A stretch of DNA of 64,000 nt from a bacterium (GTDB lineage: Bacteria > Cyanobacteriota > Vampirovibrionia > Gastranaerophilales > JBAXKC01). Under the pieces are notes generated by a model. The model was not told where the DNA came from, searched no databases, and saw nothing but the letters and a program-made list of their open reading frames with translations. The stretch spans positions 1 to 64,000 of the forward strand of contig JBAXKC010000009.1 in the NCBI GenBank assembly GCA_037137535.1. Reading direction: 5' to 3'. The position numbers and the translations under genes are program-made. Below are positions 21,045-30,211 of the stretch, piece by piece. Numbering within the stretch: the first letter of the stretch is position 1; each line of letters begins with the position of its first letter.

Positions 21045-22799
21045 GTGACAGAACCTAATAAGTTTAATATAACTCAACACGAATATTTAATTGACATAAT
21101 TACGAAAACCTTAACAAGCGATAACCTTGATGAAGCTATAAGAAATATATCTTTAGAGCTTGGGAAACTTTTCAATGCGGATAGAGTTCATTTTAGATTT
21201 TATGATGATAATTTAGAAACTTTTTCAGCTGTTATAGAAGAATATAGGAAAAACGAAAACGTTGCCTCCGCAAAAGGGAAAATGATATACCCAAAAGAAT
21301 TTGATGTTTATTTAAAAGAAAAATTGGATATTCAAGATCACATCTTTATCCTTGATGATATTAATAGACCAGAGTATTCTGATTTATTCAAGGAGCTTTT
21401 TAATAGCCTTAATATTAAAAATGAAATAGTTTTACCAATTTATTATAAAAATAAACTAGAATCAGCTTTTTTCATAACTAATACAGAATCCTCAGAGTTT
21501 ATTTCAGAAGAAAATCTTGATTTTTTAATACCAATAGCAAGACAAATTTCTATTGGAACTCACTTATTTAAAATAAATAATTTATTAAATAAAAAAGCTG
21601 AATATGACAAAATACTTAGAGAAGCTGTGATTAATGTCAGGTTATATGATAACCCTGAAGATGTTTTTATATATCTGGTAAATAAGCTCTCAGACCTTTT
21701 TAATGTAAATATGGTTTTAAATCTAAATATTGATACCTATGAAAATTATATTGTTCTTTATGAGGCATTAAAAAATGATAAAGAACAATTAAAAGGCAAA
21801 TTGCTTTTTAGTTCTGAGACTTTCAGAATGCTTGAACATTCAGATAAAAGCTCAATAATTGTAGTAAATGACATAAAAGAAATAGAAAATAATGAATTAC
21901 AAAACTTATTAAGTGGAAATCAAATTAAAGCATTTATGCTTTATCCCATCGAGGAAATTCTTCCGATAAAAGGTGAGAAAAAAATAAAAGAAAGAATAAT
22001 GGTATGTTCTGATATACCAAGAAAATGGTCATATCAAGATATTGAAGCATTAAAATTAATTATTGGGACTATCTCAATAATTTATATTGATATAATAAAC
22101 AGAAAAGAAATAAGTGAAATTGAAGAAACATTCATAGCCTCTCTTGTTCATGATTTAAAAAGCCCAATTTATGCAGAACAAAAAGGACTTGAATTTATTA
22201 TATCCAGAAAACCTGATACCACTCTCTCTAAAGTCAGTCCTTATTTAATTGATATGTATAATACAAATGAAGAGCTTCTAAGACTAATTACAAATCTTTT
22301 AACTGTTTATTCTATGGAGCTAGGACAACATGAACTAAAAAAAGAACCTGCAAATATAAATAAAATTATTGATGATTCGATAAGAACAATAAAAGCTCTT
22401 GCTGAAGATAATGAAGATTCAATTACAAAAAATATTCAGGAAAATCTTTGTGATATCTATATTGATCCTGATGAAATAAAAAGAGTTATCACAAATTTAA
22501 TAAGCAATGCTATTAAACACAATGCAAAAGGTATTGAAATTGATGTTATCGCAGAAAAAAAAGAAAATGAGATCCTGATCTCTATAAAAGACAATGGCTC
22601 TGGAATTTCAGAAAAAGAAAAAGCTAATATTTTTCAAAAATACAAAACAACAAAAAGTAAGGTTGGAACAGGACTTGGATTATATTTATCAAAACAAATA
22701 GTAGAACATCATAACGGTAAAATATGGTTTGAATCTGAAGAAGGCAAAGGTACAACATTTAATTTTAAATTACCTTTAACCGATTCAGATGGTGAATAA
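21045..22799 (+). CDS. Cytoplasmic GAF-domain sensor histidine kinase
   Basis: Two GAF-like regions (LFNADRV; PRKWS), H-box HDLKSP, N-box NLISNAIKH, G-boxes DNGSGI and GTGLGL. Confidence 0.9.
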   Translation: MTEPNKFNITQHEYLIDIITKTLTSDNLDEAIRNISLELGKLFNADRVHFRFYDDNLETFSAVIEEYRKNENVASAKGKMIYPKEFDVYLKEKLDIQDHIFILDDINRPEYSDLFKELFNSLNIKNEIVLPIYYKNKLESAFFITNTESSEFISEENLDFLIPIARQISIGTHLFKINNLLNKKAEYDKILREAVINVRLYDNPEDVFIYLVNKLSDLFNVNMVLNLNIDTYENYIVLYEALKNDKEQLKGKLLFSSETFRMLEHSDKSSIIVVNDIKEIENNELQNLLSGNQIKAFMLYPIEEILPIKGEKKIKERIMVCSDIPRKWSYQDIEALKLIIGTISIIYIDIINRKEISEIEETFIASLVHDLKSPIYAEQKGLEFIISRKPDTTLSKVSPYLIDMYNTNEELLRLITNLLTVYSMELGQHELKKEPANINKIIDDSIRTIKALAEDNEDSITKNIQENLCDIYIDPDEIKRVITNLISNAIKHNAKGIEIDVIAEKKENEILISIKDNGSGISEKEKANIFQKYKTTKSKVGTGLGLYLSKQIVEHHNGKIWFESEEGKGTTFNFKLPLTDSDGE

Positions 22800-23271
22800 T
22801 ATGAATATAATGGATATAACACTTCCAATAAAAATAATTGTGGCAGAAGATGAGAGCTTATACAGAAAAATTATTATTGATTTTCTTAATGAAAATGAAA
22901 AGTTTAAAGTTATAGGCGAAGCAAAAGATGGAGAAACAGCAGTAAAGCTCGCAAAAGAACTTATACCAAATTTAATGGTTATTGATTTAGGACTGCCTGT
23001 AATGAGTGGAATAGAAGCTATTACAAAGATTAAAAAATCAAACCCTACAATTAAAATAGTTGTATTAACCTCTCATATAAATCAAGACGAAGCGATTGAA
23101 TCATTGGCAGCAGGTGCAAATGCTTATGTAGATAAGGGGATAAATATAAATAACTTAAAAATGATAATAGAAACCGTTAATAACGGTGCTGTATGGATAT
23201 CTCCTATTATTGGTCAGCGCATATTACATGATATTATTAATGAATACAAAAACAAACATAAAAACAATTAA
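22789..23271 (+). CDS. Response regulator (NarL-type receiver, no output domain)
   Basis: AEDE, IDLGLP, LTS, GANAYVDK; ends ~20 aa after GAVWISP. Confidence 0.88.
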   Translation: MVNNMNIMDITLPIKIIVAEDESLYRKIIIDFLNENEKFKVIGEAKDGETAVKLAKELIPNLMVIDLGLPVMSGIEAITKIKKSNPTIKIVVLTSHINQDEAIESLAAGANAYVDKGININNLKMIIETVNNGAVWISPIIGQRILHDIINEYKNKHKNN

Positions 23272-23293
23272 ATATTTAATCTAAAATAAAAAT

Positions 23294-23328
23294 GGCTCAT
23301 TTGTTTATTCATAAGCAAATGAGCCTTT
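23294..23328. terminator. Terminator hairpin between convergent genes
   Basis: ggctcatttgttta ... taagcaaatgagcc. Confidence 0.65.
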
Positions 23329-23354
23329 GTATTAAGTGAGCTGGAGGGTAATTA

Positions 23355-23735
23355 TTATGATGAAAAGAATGGAATCAAAGAAGTTCCTATAATATGTTCT
23401 TCCACCCAGACTTGTGTTTTAGAATTAAAATACGGTTTATTCAGAACTTCTTCTTTTGACCAAACAGCCATTGATAGTTCATAGAACTGGACTTTTTCGA
23501 TATTTTCTACATAAAAACTTTTGTCACCGCATTTAGCGCAAAATTTATCGGTAGGAAATATTCTGTTATATCCCGAAACTCCCTGTCTTTTAGAATTACA
23601 GCAACCGCAACGGACAATATGCCATTTTATTTTTATTTCAATACCGCAATCAGGACAATAATTACCATTTGAAAGTGGCGTTACTTTTTCATGCTTACAT
23701 TTTTGTTTTCTTAACAGAAAAAAACTAAACAACAC
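23355..23735 (-). CDS. Cys-rich putative zinc-ribbon protein
   Basis: CKH, CPDCG, CGCC, CAKCG motifs; start uncertain (GTG 23735 or TTG 23822). Confidence 0.65.
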   Translation of the reverse strand: MLFSFFLLRKQKCKHEKVTPLSNGNYCPDCGIEIKIKWHIVRCGCCNSKRQGVSGYNRIFPTDKFCAKCGDKSFYVENIEKVQFYELSMAVWSKEEVLNKPYFNSKTQVWVEEHIIGTSLIPFFSS

Positions 23736-24102
23736 GGCTAAATTTATATTCAATTCTTTTCCCTCAGCTTTAATATTTTTATTCTTCCTAAATAAAGTTA
23801 AGGTTTTTATACTTAAAATCAAAAAATCATAATAAAGTTTTACATTTGTTAATCTTTTGTTTGTAACAGAAATTTTACAATTGTAGTTTAATTAATACAA
23901 AACTAGAAATATTAATTTAGATCATTATTATTTCATGTGAGAGCTGACATAATGAGTAAGAAAAGAAGATAGAACTTTGCTTTTAAAAAACTGAATATTT
24001 CATGGTTGATTTGTTTAATATTTAAATCTTTTTTTTCGCATGAAATAAAAAGTTTTAATTCAGTTAAATTAGAATCATAATTATTTATTTTAAAAAAAAA
24101 GT

Positions 24103-24129
24103 TAAAGTATTTTTCTTACTTGCCGATAA
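24103..24129 (+). promoter_or_regulatory. Sigma-28 (FliA/SigD)-type promoter
   Basis: Exact consensus TAAA-N15-GCCGATAA (taaa gtatttttcttactt gccgataa), 52 nt upstream of ATG 24182. Confidence 0.85.
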
Positions 24130-24181
24130 CAACAATATGAAGGCTCGCTTATGAATTAAGCGGATAACGGAGTAAGAAGAT

Positions 24182-24511
24182 ATGGGCTTAGCAGCAAGTC
24201 AAGCAAGATTTTTAAATCTTACAGCAAGAAAAACTGACCTTGAATTTCAAGGGCAGTCAATCAACCAACAAAGAATGAATGTGTCTCAACAGGCACAGAC
24301 TTTGCTGAACTATACTTCGTTACTTGATACAAGTTCCGCTCAATATCAACAAAACCTTGTCAAAATTGACTCAATACACCAAATAGACAGAAGGTTGGAA
24401 ATTGAACTTAACAGCGTAGATACACAACAACAAGCAGTACAAACCGAAATCGAAGCAGTTAAGAAAGTTATTGATAAAAATATTGACCTGGTATTCAAAA
24501 CATTTGCTTAG
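24182..24511 (+). CDS. Hypothetical coiled-coil protein (MGLAASQAR...FKTFA type)
   Basis: Gln-rich helical protein, GGAG RBS; termini resemble a family I recall from Gastranaerophilales genomes (not verified). Confidence 0.8.
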   Translation: MGLAASQARFLNLTARKTDLEFQGQSINQQRMNVSQQAQTLLNYTSLLDTSSAQYQQNLVKIDSIHQIDRRLEIELNSVDTQQQAVQTEIEAVKKVIDKNIDLVFKTFA

Positions 24512-24538
24512 TCTTCTTAAAGTCAGGAGTGGAAAGAT

Positions 24539-25438
24539 ATGTCATATAAAAACGACAGTCTGCTGGTTATAGTAAATAAATACGGTAAAGCCAGCGGCGA
24601 TGCAAAAGCAGAATTATATGAAGTCTATGACAAAATCAGAGACATAACCGTAAGCGGTCCGACAATCGGCGGTTCTGGCTATGGTGCTTTTGGCTCTATG
24701 CTTTTGGGATTATCAAGAATGATAGCTCCGGGTTCATTTATGCCAGCTCTTGACCACTCATCAATTAACGTTCCAGGTACTTCTTTCAGTTCCCCCATGG
24801 AAGGTGGAAACTCAATAGTATCAGGAGGCAGATCATCTTTAGGTTTAGGCGGTTTAGGCAAATACCCAGGATTTCCCGGTGGTGCTGCTCCCATTAATTA
24901 TGGAAATGAATATGGAAGCTACACAGGGGGCGCTGCTTCATTAGATAACGGAATAGGCTCAATGTTTTCATCCGCTGCAGGCGGAATAGGCAGCGGACTA
25001 GAATCTTTATATAACAGTTTTGCAGTTGGCGGTTATCCGACAGGCGGAGCTGCATCAGCAGTAGGTGGTTTAAATGCACCGACCCCAAGTGGAGGTTATA
25101 CTGCATCAGGCTTTACAAAAGGAACTTCATGGGTTGTTCCTATGGCTGGAGTTGTTTCAGGAATAGGCGGTCTTGCTTCATCATTAAGTCCTTATTTTGG
25201 TCCTTTCGGTATTCTTGCAGGAATAGCGGGCAACATGGCAAATGGTTATGGTGGTGCGGTTCTTAATGCTTATCAAACGGTTCAGGGTCGAATTTTAAAT
25301 AATGCAGATACAATTCTTTCTCAAAAAGTAAGAAATATTGAAGCAGTTTGCAAACAACTTGATACCCAATCAGATATTCTCAGAAAAGCCCTTAAAGAAG
25401 GTCTTGACGGAGATGGCAAACTTATTCAGAACTTATAA
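24539..25438 (+). CDS. Hypothetical Gly-rich protein with a hydrophobic segment and C-terminal coiled coil
   Basis: AGGAG RBS; repeated (P/T)GGAA motifs; hydrophobic WVVPMAGVVSGIGGLA..FGILAGIAG; helical C-terminus. Confidence 0.8.
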   Translation: MSYKNDSLLVIVNKYGKASGDAKAELYEVYDKIRDITVSGPTIGGSGYGAFGSMLLGLSRMIAPGSFMPALDHSSINVPGTSFSSPMEGGNSIVSGGRSSLGLGGLGKYPGFPGGAAPINYGNEYGSYTGGAASLDNGIGSMFSSAAGGIGSGLESLYNSFAVGGYPTGGAASAVGGLNAPTPSGGYTASGFTKGTSWVVPMAGVVSGIGGLASSLSPYFGPFGILAGIAGNMANGYGGAVLNAYQTVQGRILNNADTILSQKVRNIEAVCKQLDTQSDILRKALKEGLDGDGKLIQNL

Positions 25439-25449
25439 CGGAGGGATTA

Positions 25450-25689
25450 ATGAACACAAATTCTCGTTTGTATCTTAAATCCGTTAAAAAATTTCTTATT
25501 GATGAAAATATACTATTTGTTGCTTTTAAGTTAACAATGAGAATTTTGGGATGCTATCAAGACATAAATAAAAAATCAAAACTTGTAAATGAACATCTCA
25601 TGAATCATCAAAATAAGCTTGAAACAACTAAGCTTATAATTAAAACACATGCAAGCAACAATAACGAATCACTCAACATATTCCAATAG
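25450..25689 (+). CDS. Hypothetical protein
   Basis: GGAGG RBS directly after the upstream stop; operon-like spacing. Confidence 0.6.
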   Translation: MNTNSRLYLKSVKKFLIDENILFVAFKLTMRILGCYQDINKKSKLVNEHLMNHQNKLETTKLIIKTHASNNNESLNIFQ

Positions 25690-25826
25690 CAAAAAGAGTT
25701 CTTAATATTTTTTTACAATAATTATTTCCAACATGTAGTAAATTTTAAAACGCTTTTTGTTTTTATATACATAGATGATATTTATTAAATCCTAATCCAT
25801 ATCATCAACAAGGAGGATAACACCAT

Positions 25827-26111
25827 ATGGCGGCTAATATAGTAACAGATTACGTTAAATATTTTATAGAGAACGTTCAAGCGTACTTTAGAATCTCGTT
25901 ATCATATTGGAGAAAAAATAAGCCTATACAAGCTATGTATTATTCTACCATTGACTATTTCAAAAACCTTTTTTCCGCAAACAAAAAACTACAAGTCGCA
26001 AAATATAGAGTAAACCATCTTAAATACAGACTTTATCAAATGGAGAAACTAATAGACGACAATAATCCAAGCCAAATAAATAAGGGGAAATCATTTAATC
26101 AACTAAGATAA
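25827..26111 (+). CDS. Hypothetical basic helical protein
   Basis: Strong AAGGAGG RBS. Confidence 0.7.
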   Translation: MAANIVTDYVKYFIENVQAYFRISLSYWRKNKPIQAMYYSTIDYFKNLFSANKKLQVAKYRVNHLKYRLYQMEKLIDDNNPSQINKGKSFNQLR

Positions 26112-26148
26112 CATAACACCTACTTATCACAAACGGGGAGAACGAACT

Positions 26149-26469
26149 ATGGGGATATTAACGGCACAACTACGGGTACAATATTTACAACTGCATGAAT
26201 CAAATCTTCAATATCAGATCCAAATGATTACGCAGACAAAAATGAATTTATCTGCGAATTCAAACGAACTTGTAAACATTGGTACTGATCTTGATGCAGA
26301 TTCACCTGAATTAAAATTACTTGAACAAAGACGTGCAAAGCTGAAACTGGTTGAAGATAACCTTGATTCTATGCTTGAGCGTTACAAAGTCCAATTGCAG
26401 GCAGTACAAGGCGAGAAACAAAGCGCTGACAAATATCTGCAAGACGGAATGAAAATATTCAGTTATTAA
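26149..26469 (+). CDS. Hypothetical coiled-coil protein, paralog of 24182-24511
   Basis: Ungapped manual alignment to the 109-aa protein gives about 27 identities over ~104 positions; GGGGAG RBS. Confidence 0.8.
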   Translation: MGILTAQLRVQYLQLHESNLQYQIQMITQTKMNLSANSNELVNIGTDLDADSPELKLLEQRRAKLKLVEDNLDSMLERYKVQLQAVQGEKQSADKYLQDGMKIFSY

Positions 26470-26500
26470 TCCCCCAATAAATTAAAGTATGGTGTTATCA

Positions 26501-26526
26501 ACCGGGCATTCGTGTCCGGTTTTTTA
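26501..26526 (+). terminator. Intrinsic terminator
   Basis: accgggca-ttcg-tgtccggt followed by a T-run. Confidence 0.85.
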
Positions 26527-26874
26527 TTTTTAACAATTGTAAAGCACTTAAAACAATGTATATCAGCACTTTAAGGTGGAGTAAACCATGTGGATGATGT
26601 GAGAAGGAGCAAATTAATACAAAATAAAGAAACTAAGGTGATTGGTGTTCGTTTAGTAAATATATCAGAGTAAAAAAGAGATAAAGCTACGGAGATATAA
26701 ATATATGAAAAAAGTTTGTGAACAGGGAGTAAATCAAGAAATGTCAAGAAAAAGCAGTCTTGTATGGTTTTTAGAAAATCAACATCCTGTTGTCTGCTGG
26801 TGGTTTGTTTTATCATCTCTTAGCTTTTGCTCAGTATATTTTATGTTATTAACAAAATTTCAATAATTCATTCA

Positions 26875-26934
26875 AAAAAATAACCATAAAAAATGACCTT
26901 AAATTAATAAGGTCATTTTTTATGGTTATTTTTT
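26875..26934. terminator. 27-bp perfect inverted repeat, likely terminator of the def-fmt-peptidase operon
   Basis: aaaaaataaccataaaaaatgacctta-aattaa-taaggtcattttttatggttatttttt. Confidence 0.7.
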
Positions 26935-26944
26935 ATAAGAGAAT

Positions 26945-27667
26945 CTAGTCGTCTCTGCCTCGCCCGAAAAGAATCCATGCCCAGTAAAGTAGCTCTATTA
27001 ATGAATAAAGAGCTGTTGCAACATAAGTAAGAGCCGCAGCATTTAACACTTTTCTTGCTCCAACAACCTCTTCACTCTGAATAAATCCACCGTTAGATAA
27101 CGCTAGAATAGCTCTATTACTGGCATTAAACTCAACAGGAAGAGTAACAACGTGAAATAAAACAGAACCTCCATAAAGTAAAACACCTATAAAAGCTATT
27201 AAATTATAGAATTCAGGGCTTACAGAGTGAAGAAACCCTCTTAGAAGAAGGCTTCCCATTATCAACATAGGAGCTAAAGACTGTGTCATATTAACTAATG
27301 GAACAATTCCAGCTCTTAACTTCATTGGCTGATAACCGACATGATCTTGAATAACATGCCCGATCTCGTGAGCTGCAACACTTACAGATGAAACAGAAGT
27401 CCCATAGTAGTTTTCTCTTGAAAGCCTGACTGTTTTACTATTTGGATCATAATGATCGGATAATTCACCATCGATAGCTTCTATAGAGATACCTTTAATA
27501 TTTGAATTAGAAAGTATAGCTTCGGCAACTTCTTTGCCAGTCATATTATTTCTTGTATTAACTTTTAAAAACTTGCCGTAAGTATTTTTAACAATAGTCT
27601 GAGGAATAAAACTTATTGCCATACCAATAAGTCCAATTACCATATATGCAGGATCGAAAAAAAACAT
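26945..27667 (-). CDS. Membrane zinc metallopeptidase (YugP / Zn_peptidase_2 family)
   Basis: LSDHYDP, AAHEIGH, TLPVEFNASNRA, AAALTYVA. Confidence 0.9.
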   Translation of the reverse strand: MFFFDPAYMVIGLIGMAISFIPQTIVKNTYGKFLKVNTRNNMTGKEVAEAILSNSNIKGISIEAIDGELSDHYDPNSKTVRLSRENYYGTSVSSVSVAAHEIGHVIQDHVGYQPMKLRAGIVPLVNMTQSLAPMLIMGSLLLRGFLHSVSPEFYNLIAFIGVLLYGGSVLFHVVTLPVEFNASNRAILALSNGGFIQSEEVVGARKVLNAAALTYVATALYSLIELLYWAWILFGRGRDD

Positions 27668-27678
27668 TTACAAACCTC

Positions 27679-28617
27679 CTAATTGAATTTATCACCAACT
27701 TGCAATCTTGCTCCATTCGCCCAACTTGAAGCATCCATTGCCTTTTTACCTTGTGGCTGTAATTGTTGTATAAGAATATCACCTTCTAATGCTGAAACAA
27801 CTACTCCATTATTAATTATAGCTTTGATTAATCCAACTTCTGAATTATTAATGTTTTCTTCATAAATTTCTGATTTTATAATTTTTATAATATTTTCTTT
27901 ATATTCACAATAAGTAGAAGGCCAAGGCTGCATTCCTCTGATTTTATTATGAATGGCTCTTACACTCATTGCCCAATCGATTTTACCATCTTCTTTTTTA
28001 AGTTTAGGCGCATGCGTTGATTCATCATTATTCTGTTTTATAGGAGTTATTTCACCTTTATTTAGACCCGTAACAGTCTTATAGAGAAGATCAGGACCTA
28101 ATTCAGCGATCTTATAATACAACTCTTCGCTTGTCATTTCATCGGTTATGATTATATCTTCTTTTAACAAAATATCACCTGTATCAACACCGATATCAGT
28201 AAGCATAGTCGTTACACCCGTTATTTTATCGCCATTAATAATAGGCCATTGAATAGGGTTAGCTCCTCTATATTTTGGCAAGAGCGAAGCATGTAAATTA
28301 ATAGTTCCTAATCTCGGTATATCAAGGACTTCTTGACTTAAAATCTGACCAAATGCAACTGTTATGAAAATATCAGGCTTTAATTCTCTTAAAATATCTA
28401 ATAAGTCAGAGTCTTTTCTTATCAACTTAGGCTGATAAACAGTTATACAATTTTCTTCAGCGACTATTTTCACAGGTGATTTAGTCAATTTCTGACCTCT
28501 GCCTGACGGTTTGTCGGGTTGAGTTATGACTGCAACAACGTCTATATCTTCTTTTTCAATCAAACACTTCAACGATGGAACTGCAATTTCAGGAGTTCCA
28601 AAAAATACAAGTTTCAT
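27679..28617 (-). CDS. fmt: Methionyl-tRNA formyltransferase
   Basis: FFGTPE, TQPDKPSGRG, NLHASLLPKYRGANPIQ. Confidence 0.96.
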   Translation of the reverse strand: MKLVFFGTPEIAVPSLKCLIEKEDIDVVAVITQPDKPSGRGQKLTKSPVKIVAEENCITVYQPKLIRKDSDLLDILRELKPDIFITVAFGQILSQEVLDIPRLGTINLHASLLPKYRGANPIQWPIINGDKITGVTTMLTDIGVDTGDILLKEDIIITDEMTSEELYYKIAELGPDLLYKTVTGLNKGEITPIKQNNDESTHAPKLKKEDGKIDWAMSVRAIHNKIRGMQPWPSTYCEYKENIIKIIKSEIYEENINNSEVGLIKAIINNGVVVSALEGDILIQQLQPQGKKAMDASSWANGARLQVGDKFN

Positions 28618-28634
28618 TTCAAATCTCCTGCAAA

Positions 28635-29234
28635 CTACTCGACGATAACTGTTTTTTCTTTTTCTTCAACTTCTTTAGCTTGAATTTCTGCCTCTAAATC
28701 TGATTCATCTAATAATTTTTCAGGGTCTAAAGCAGGAAGACCAAACTCTGCAAGTTTTTGCTCAGTATCAAATCTATTTCTTGAATGGTCAATAAAAACA
28801 ATGCCGTCCAAATGATCTGTTTCATGCTGTAAAGCTCTGGCTAATAAACTTCCGCCTTTAGCCTCCATTGTAAAAATACGGCCTTTTTCATCTTTAGCTC
28901 TTATAATAATGTCCGTATATCTTCTTACGTCAATGTAAACATTTGGAAAACTTAAACAGCCTTCATTGCTATTAATAGCACCGGATTTTTTTACAATTTT
29001 AGGGTTAATAAATACAACAAGGTTTGGTGGTTCTTTGCCACTTGCCGTATCAATTACAAATATTCTGTAATTTTCTCCGACTTGAGGAGCAGCAAGTCCT
29101 ACACCATCTTTAGCATACATAGTATCAATTAAATCTTTTATTAATTTCTGAATTCTAGAAGTTACTTTTGTAACCTCTTTAGATGGTGTTCTTAATCTTT
29201 CATCACCATATTTTATAATTTCCAAAACAGCCAT
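28635..29234 (-). CDS. def: Peptide deformylase
   Basis: GVGLAAPQVG, EGCLS, QHETDHLDG. Confidence 0.96.
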   Translation of the reverse strand: MAVLEIIKYGDERLRTPSKEVTKVTSRIQKLIKDLIDTMYAKDGVGLAAPQVGENYRIFVIDTASGKEPPNLVVFINPKIVKKSGAINSNEGCLSFPNVYIDVRRYTDIIIRAKDEKGRIFTMEAKGGSLLARALQHETDHLDGIVFIDHSRNRFDTEQKLAEFGLPALDPEKLLDESDLEAEIQAKEVEEKEKTVIVE

Positions 29235-29428
29235 AAATTAAAATCTCATAAATTGCCATAAACCTTACTGATATTTTAACATAAAATAGTAATCCAACTT
29301 GTTTTAAGCCTATTTGATAATTAAACCGATTTATCTTACGACTTTTTATTTTAATAATTTAGATATATTATAAAAAAGCATAAATTTATATTTTTAATAT
29401 AAAAAACGGTTTAGGAGAAAAACTCAAC

Positions 29429-30205
29429 ATGGATTTTAATTTTAATTTAATAGGCTGCGCTTCTTGGACACTAGAAATTGATAATACTATTAAAATAGGT
29501 TGTGATCCGGGATTAGCACCTAAAGGAACAAGCTACATCTATAAAGGTCTTAAAACATCAAGAGTAGAAGCTCCTGTGTACGATGAAACCACCTTTGAAA
29601 ATATAAAATTATGGCTATTAACTCACGACCATTTTGATCATTTAGACGAACTTGGATTAAGCAAAATAGAAAATGGTGCACAGGTTATCAGCAGAAAAAA
29701 TTGCACAAAATTATTAAAAAAACGCAATGATTTAGATGTAACTTATCTCGAGTGGAATGAAGCGAAAACTATTGAAATAAATGACTACAACATTAAAGTT
29801 AAGGCAATTCCCGCTGTTCATGGAATGAATTTCATTGCAAAATTATTAATGGGCGATGTAAACGGATATTTAGTTACAATCACTAATAAAGAAGAAACTA
29901 AAACAATTTATGTAACTTCTGATACTGTTTTCAGAAATGATATTATAGAAACTATTAATAATCGTAAAATTGATGTTTTAATTGCAAATATGGGACAAGC
30001 AAAATCAAAAATGTTTGGCGGACCATTCACAATGAATACAGAAATGCTCCATAAATTCAAGGAAGAATTAAAACCTACAATGACATTACCTATTCATACA
30101 GAAGATTTTGCTCACTTTGAAACATCAAGAGCAGAACTTAAAAAGTCCGAACAAGACGACATGAAAATATTAGAAAACGGTGAAACAATTAAATTTAAAG
30201 CTTGA
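29429..30205 (+). CDS. MBL-fold metallo-hydrolase
   Basis: THDHFDHLD, PAVHG, SDT, PIH motifs. Confidence 0.85.
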   Translation: MDFNFNLIGCASWTLEIDNTIKIGCDPGLAPKGTSYIYKGLKTSRVEAPVYDETTFENIKLWLLTHDHFDHLDELGLSKIENGAQVISRKNCTKLLKKRNDLDVTYLEWNEAKTIEINDYNIKVKAIPAVHGMNFIAKLLMGDVNGYLVTITNKEETKTIYVTSDTVFRNDIIETINNRKIDVLIANMGQAKSKMFGGPFTMNTEMLHKFKEELKPTMTLPIHTEDFAHFETSRAELKKSEQDDMKILENGETIKFKA

Positions 30206-30211
30206 GATATT

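Noticed and set aside
26571-26816. 81-aa minus-strand ORF
   Set aside because: Weak RBS, composition looks like translated pyrimidine-rich non-coding DNA; not called as a CDS
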